Part shown: one piece after another, positions 58,884-64,000 of the stretch
Layout of the letters: every line of letters starts with the position of its first letter
Numbering within the stretch: position 1 is the stretch's first letter
Assembly: GCA_036758285.1 (NCBI GenBank)
Contig: DAIOWV010000006.1
Location: 6,100 to 70,099, forward strand
Direction: 5' to 3'
DNA: 64,000 bases
DNA from: Taishania sp.
Lineage (GTDB): Bacteria > Bacteroidota > Bacteroidia > Flavobacteriales_D > Crocinitomicaceae
Position numbers and translations under genes: made by a program
The notes under the pieces: generated by a model
Databases searched by the model: none
What the model was told of the DNA's origin: nothing
Seen by the model: only the letters and a program-made list of their open reading frames with translations

Positions 58884-61800
58884 CTACTGTACTCCAGCTA
58901 AATTATATCTTAATTTAATACCTGTACTCATGTTTCCTGTTGGATAAGCTGTTGCGATTTTTGGTGTATTAATCACTTGATCATAATATAGTTGAATGAT
59001 TAAGAATTTACCAACATTATAATCAAGCGATCCTTTGATTGACATAACTTTCTGCCCTGCAGTAGCTTGATTTGTATTCTCAACAATCTTTCTAATTACA
59101 GTTAAATTATCTCTTAACGAGAAATCTAAACGGAAATTCATATCGCTTGGTTTAAGACTTTTAATTGGTAATTTAACTTGTGAAAACTTATAACCTGTAC
59201 CAATTACATATGTTGTACCCAACATTTCAGTCACTTGATTATTATTTAAAGAAAGTGTCGAACTACGATCTTTTGTAATTTCAAATTTAGTTATTAGACC
59301 TTGTTTTTTAATTAACCATGTTGCATCAAATCCAATCAAAGGATTAAACCTTTCAGACATCGTAATATTTTGAACTTGATTACTTGCAATAAAGTTGTTA
59401 TTAATATCACGAGCCGTTGCATTTCCATTAGCATCAAAAGCAGCATTTAGATTTGTTTGCATTCCAGAAACACTTATAGTTGAAGTATAGGCATGTTTAA
59501 TAACAAATTGGCGAACATATTTCTTCATGAAATCCATTTTAGCTAATCCATTGTAGTTAATAGACCAATTTGGAAGAGGTATGTTTTTAACAGGATTGAT
59601 ATTTTTATCATTCACATTTCTATTTGTATAAGAAGTTAAAAATGCACCAATAAGTACTTCTTGACTACTTCCACTATATCCGGAATAGTATCCAGAACCT
59701 AATTGTGATGAATTTGCATTGTTACGTCCTACTAATCCTGATACTTCTCGACGGTTATCTAATAATTTTTGGAAGACTTCTGTGCTATAATCACTTTTAC
59801 TAATTGAAGCGAAAGCCGAACCAATGGAAATATTAGTATATGTTAGTTGAGAAATGTCAATTCTACTTTGTCCTTCGTAAGCATTAGAAATAGAATTCCA
59901 TCTAAAAAATTCAGTGGAGCTATTTCCATACATTCTATTTGCAGTCAATTCAATAGTCAAATCCTTAATTGGCTCTAAACCTGCTCTGATTGTTAAATTC
60001 TGAGTATGTGTATTTGTATACTGACGATTAATATTTTCATTTTGTACCAACCAACCATTTTGAGCCGCTGTTCTCGCAAAGTCAAATCCAGTTTCTTTAC
60101 CGGTAACACCATATCTTTGTTGTCCAAAGATAAAACCACCCATTGGTGCATCAAAGCCGGAATCGAAGCCTAAAACTCTAGTTTCGCGAGCGTAACCAGG
60201 CAATAATGTACCGTCATTTTGATTATAAGTTACACCTGCATTTCTTACAGACATAACTAATCTAGCAATGAAACCAGTTACTGGATGAACTTTATCTTTT
60301 CGTTTTCTTGCTCTCTCTACTTTCTTTTCCCATTTTTTAATCACCTTATCCCACTTCTTTTTCTCCTTTGGAGTCATATCTTCCTCAGGTTTTGGTGGAA
60401 CAGGCTTGGGATATTTTTCTTCAATTGATGGTTCTTTTGATTTTGGAGTTTTAGTGTTCGAATTTGAACCATCAGAAATTGCTTTTGATCTTGGTGCAGA
60501 AGCTGTTGCAGGTGTTCTGCCAGTCCCTTTACCATCAGCTAGTACTTTCTTAAAGAAAGGTAATTTATTATAAAGATTTGTAAAGTTTAACTGTGTTTGA
60601 GCATTAATTGTTCTGTTATTTTGAACAGTATGACCAAATTCAGATTGTGCAAGTGGTGCACGTTGCCAGTTATAAGTTCCACCATAAGCTACAGTTGCTG
60701 TTGTCCAATCTAAAGCTGGAATTTTATTTAAAGGCAAGGTATAGTTTAGGGTATAATTGTGAGTATAATCTGTTGTCTTACCAAAAGTTGCCATTTGAGT
60801 TCTGATAGAATCTTTAAACTCTCTATACAAGTTTGGATCAGCTTTTCTATCAACCTGACCATCAGCTTCTTCAAAAATAGCTCGGTTATTTGCTGTGAAT
60901 GTAAGTTTCAAATTCTTCGTAATATCATATCCTAAATTATATGATCTATTCCATGTAAATCTTTTAATATACACAGGTTTAAATTCATAATTTGGTACAA
61001 TGTTATTTTTAACTTGTCTTTCATTATAGCTTCTCAATAAATCATTTGTGAAACTAAAGTTCTTCGGTAAATAATTGATATTTGCTTCTCGAACTATCGC
61101 TAACCATTTTGATTTTTTAAGTTTTTCACTTTTAAATACATTTTTAAATGGTTCCCACGGTTTTGCTTGAAAAGAATAATTATAATTCAAATTACCAGTC
61201 CACAAGCGTGTTCTATCATATTTAATATTAAAATCTCTTTTTAAATCTTCGGAATATGCATAAGAAGCAGACCAATTCGCAATCCTCCAAAATGCTGGTT
61301 TTGCGCCAGGAGCTAATTGTTTTCTAACATTTGTAAAATTATAAGACAAGCGTTCATTAAATTCTTGTCCTTCTTTAGCTCTTCTTTTTCTCTCAGAAAA
61401 ATCATAATCAGCTAATTTAATATCTGGGTTATATGGATCAAATTCAGGGTTAACAATTCCAACAGAGTAACCTAAAAAGAAAGGTAATGATAAACCAAAC
61501 TTTTTACCAAAAAACTGACCTAATTGCCAATTTGAATTGAAATTAGCATTAATTCTTTGTTCACGTTGACGTTCTTGCACACGGCTATCTACAGCACCCC
61601 AATTATAACCATAATAACTTCCGGAAGCAGAAATGTTAAAGAAATCAGCTCCTTGGACTTGCATTTGAGCAATAGCAGCTGAACCTCCTTCGGATACGAA
61701 ATCTGAAAGTCGTAATTCATTCACCCAAATTATTCCACAATGAGGCATTCCATCGTCATTCCATGGATTAGACGCGTTATTTCGAGGATTTCGAACACCA

Positions 61801-64000
61801 ATCATGATGGTTCTCATTCCTTGCAAGTTTGGATTTCCTTTTACTCGAATACGCTTATTTGGATAATTCGGATCTGGAGCACTATATTCCAAATTATAAG
61901 AAACACTAGAGCTACCTGATTCAATAAGATTATTTCTTTTCTTCTTCAGATTAATTAAATCTTCAAAAACGATTTCAACATTATTAGCTTCTGGCCAAAT
62001 ATCTGTATCTAAACTTGCTGTATTTGGTGTGATATTTAGAGGAAGCTCAAACTCATAATAATTTTCTGTAAAATCAGTTCCCAATCGAACAAATACAGTT
62101 AAATCTTCATTATCTAAAGGAACTTGTCCTACCATTGATTCTGCATGGACAAACATTTTTAATTTTTTATAACCACGAACATCGAAAGCTACATTCTTAA
62201 AAGCTGCTCTGGCATCACCATCTTGTAATCCACAAACTTCCAATGTCATCGACTGTTCGTTCATCTGTCTTTGAACTTGTTGAGAAGGGTCAATTTCACG
62301 TTGAATTCCTGGTGGAATAACATATTTAATTGGGGTTCTATCTGAGTTTTCTTGTACATTAACCGCTCCAATATCAAAACTAGTTAGATTTGGATCTGTA
62401 ACAACACCTTCACCCGGTTGGCTCAAGTCTTGTGCGTATCTTCTCCATTCTCCTCGAACAAGTTCTAATTTAGCAAAACGTAATAAAACTTCTTCATCAA
62501 AATCTTTTAAAAACATTCGCATGAAACGAATTGATCTAAAATCATTTATCCCATTAATTCGATTTGAGAAATCTCTAACAGGAATTTTGAATTGATACCA
62601 CTTTTCTTTATCTCCATTCCCTTTTTCGAAAACTTGTATGTTTGTAATGTAATTTGTTCCAACATTATTCATATCCCCAGGTCGAAGACTAATTTTATAT
62701 TGGAAATAATTCTCTGTTTCTTGTAAATTATTATCTTGATTAATATCCTCTCTATCTGGATCAATTCTTGGTCCAATGGTACTATAACCATTTGTGTTCA
62801 TAGTATCATACATTTCTGGAGTTGGTGAATTACCCTCCATTCCATTGTATTTTTTATATCTTTCAAGAACTCCTAATTGTAATTGATCATAATTATCATC
62901 TAAATAATAGTTGTAATCATCATTTGATGGGTCATTTATCATTTTAGCTTTTGCAGCAGCCGATAATGTGGGATTCGAATTAATCCAATTAACATATCCT
63001 TGAAAATGAGCTCGTTCAGCAGCATTATTAAAACCATCCAAACCAACATCTTGGTTGATTCTAGAATTAGGATTGTTGTCAAATGCATTTACAACAACCT
63101 GTGTGTTTGGAACCTGAGCCCAAAGGGTTGTGTCCATATCATTTGGTCCAGGTGAATTCGATGGAGATAATCCATTTTCAAAACTTTTTCTAGAATCAGG
63201 TAGAATATCTTCAGAAATATTTCCTAAATTAAAATACAAATCACCACCTGACATTAAGGTACCTGGATTGGCATTTTCGGCATCAATATTGAAAGGATCT
63301 AATACCCAAAATTGAATATATTCAATATTTGCTAACTCAAAATCTGTAGTAGATAATGCACGCATAATCCCCCCCCATCGATCAGTAGGATTTGTGAAGA
63401 AGCCATCTGCATCAATAAAACTTGTTGTATCGTAATTATAAATTCCTCGTTCTTTCGGATAATAAGCTAATTCTAAAATTTGAAGATTCGGTATTGTCCC
63501 GTATTGATTTTCTTGTAAAGGAAAGACATCTTTATAATTTACGTTTCTAGTTCTACTATCGGAGTTAACCATTGGATCATTGGCGATATGAGTAGGTGTA
63601 TTTTGATCTTGACGATAAAAAATATTATCTATTCGATACCACGAAGTTTTAGATCTGTTAAAGGCTTTACTAAGGCCTGTAGAAGATGCTTCTGGAAAGA
63701 GTGCTGGTTGTCCAAGAGGAACAGAAGCCAAATGCCATGCATTCAAACTACTTGCTAAATCAATTGTACTTTGAGAACCTTCAAAATCATCAACATAAGA
63801 AATCCCTGCACTACTAATTGCTTTTGGTTGACCAGGAATAAGATGAGCAAATTCCCCAGAAAAGGAAAGAGAAGATTTTTCTTTTGTGGAAATAACTGGT
63901 AATAAATCAATTAACTTAGTTAACATTGGTAATTCAGTACGATATTGCACATCAAATCCAATGATATTATTTTTATATGGTTCACTTCCAATATCAATTT
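58884..64000 (-). CDS. sprA: T9SS outer-membrane translocon SprA/Sov; N-terminus beyond the window
   Basis: SYVDDFEGSQ, WGGIMRAL, NLGNISEDIL.DSRK.FENG, FRSIRFMRM, GNPNL..RTIMIGVRN, WVNELRL; frame open to the window edge. Confidence 0.95.
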   Translation of the reverse strand, partial: IDIGSEPYKNNIIGFDVQYRTELPMLTKLIDLLPVISTKEKSSLSFSGEFAHLIPGQPKAISSAGISYVDDFEGSQSTIDLASSLNAWHLASVPLGQPALFPEASSTGLSKAFNRSKTSWYRIDNIFYRQDQNTPTHIANDPMVNSDSRTRNVNYKDVFPLQENQYGTIPNLQILELAYYPKERGIYNYDTTSFIDADGFFTNPTDRWGGIMRALSTTDFELANIEYIQFWVLDPFNIDAENANPGTLMSGGDLYFNLGNISEDILPDSRKSFENGLSPSNSPGPNDMDTTLWAQVPNTQVVVNAFDNNPNSRINQDVGLDGFNNAAERAHFQGYVNWINSNPTLSAAAKAKMINDPSNDDYNYYLDDNYDQLQLGVLERYKKYNGMEGNSPTPEMYDTMNTNGYSTIGPRIDPDREDINQDNNLQETENYFQYKISLRPGDMNNVGTNYITNIQVFEKGNGDKEKWYQFKIPVRDFSNRINGINDFRSIRFMRMFLKDFDEEVLLRFAKLELVRGEWRRYAQDLSQPGEGVVTDPNLTSFDIGAVNVQENSDRTPIKYVIPPGIQREIDPSQQVQRQMNEQSMTLEVCGLQDGDARAAFKNVAFDVRGYKKLKMFVHAESMVGQVPLDNEDLTVFVRLGTDFTENYYEFELPLNITPNTASLDTDIWPEANNVEIVFEDLINLKKKRNNLIESGSSSVSYNLEYSAPDPNYPNKRIRVKGNPNLQGMRTIMIGVRNPRNNASNPWNDDGMPHCGIIWVNELRLSDFVSEGGSAAIAQMQVQGADFFNISASGSYYGYNWGAVDSRVQERQREQRINANFNSNWQLGQFFGKKFGLSLPFFLGYSVGIVNPEFDPYNPDIKLADYDFSERKRRAKEGQEFNERLSYNFTNVRKQLAPGAKPAFWRIANWSASYAYSEDLKRDFNIKYDRTRLWTGNLNYNYSFQAKPWEPFKNVFKSEKLKKSKWLAIVREANINYLPKNFSFTNDLLRSYNERQVKNNIVPNYEFKPVYIKRFTWNRSYNLGYDITKNLKLTFTANNRAIFEEADGQVDRKADPNLYREFKDSIRTQMATFGKTTDYTHNYTLNYTLPLNKIPALDWTTATVAYGGTYNWQRAPLAQSEFGHTVQNNRTINAQTQLNFTNLYNKLPFFKKVLADGKGTGRTPATASAPRSKAISDGSNSNTKTPKSKEPSIEEKYPKPVPPKPEEDMTPKEKKKWDKVIKKWEKKVERARKRKDKVHPVTGFIARLVMSVRNAGVTYNQNDGTLLPGYARETRVLGFDSGFDAPMGGFIFGQQRYGVTGKETGFDFARTAAQNGWLVQNENINRQYTNTHTQNLTIRAGLEPIKDLTIELTANRMYGNSSTEFFRWNSISNAYEGQSRIDISQLTYTNISIGSAFASISKSDYSTEVFQKLLDNRREVSGLVGRNNANSSQLGSGYYSGYSGSSQEVLIGAFLTSYTNRNVNDKNINPVKNIPLPNWSINYNGLAKMDFMKKYVRQFVIKHAYTSTISVSGMQTNLNAAFDANGNATARDINNNFIASNQVQNITMSERFNPLIGFDATWLIKKQGLITKFEITKDRSSTLSLNNNQVTEMLGTTYVIGTGYKFSQVKLPIKSLKPSDMNFRLDFSLRDNLTVIRKIVENTNQATAGQKVMSIKGSLDYNVGKFLIIQLYYDQVINTPKIATAYPTGNMSTGIKLRYNLAGVQ

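Noticed and set aside
93..63315. Numerous 60-130 aa ORFs nested in or antisense to long genes
   Set aside because: Shadow ORFs of well-supported genes with no motifs or independent expression signals
1..64000. tRNA, rRNA, riboswitch, prophage or anti-phage defence genes
   Set aside because: None recognised by eye; a covariance-model and HMM scan would be needed to exclude them

Overview
AT-rich, densely coding chromosomal window from a Bacteroidota organism, most likely Flavobacteriales (inferred from type IX secretion genes, TAnnTTTG promoters and Gln-initiated mature proteins). It holds housekeeping genes (GSIII glnA, pheS, dnaA, uvrB, ung, ispH, hutG, cysQ, lolA, ABC-F, an MsbA-like ABC transporter) and a PhoP/PhoR-like pair divergent from a phosphate-porin-like gene. 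T9SS content is high: truncated sprA, five type A CTD cargos, and a cassette of a 2432-aa HYR/SprB-repeat type B cargo, PorP/SprF and a PorE-like protein. No rRNA, tRNA, CRISPR array, phage or transposase was recognised. The best candidate for an undescribed system is a four-gene cysteine-pair module at 33.9-38.2 kb (TlpA, DUF6029-like barrel with C-terminal CxxxxC, Omp28-like CxxC lipoprotein, divergent CxxxxC T9SS cargo) that could be a trans-outer-membrane thiol-redox relay. Other notable signals: a 272-bp hairpin-rich MITE with 30-bp terminal inverted repeats and a 5-bp target duplication upstream of ispH, apparently leaderless DNA-repair transcripts, and candidate operators at glnA, dnaA, phoP and lolA. 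All family assignments are from motif recognition by eye; no searches were run.
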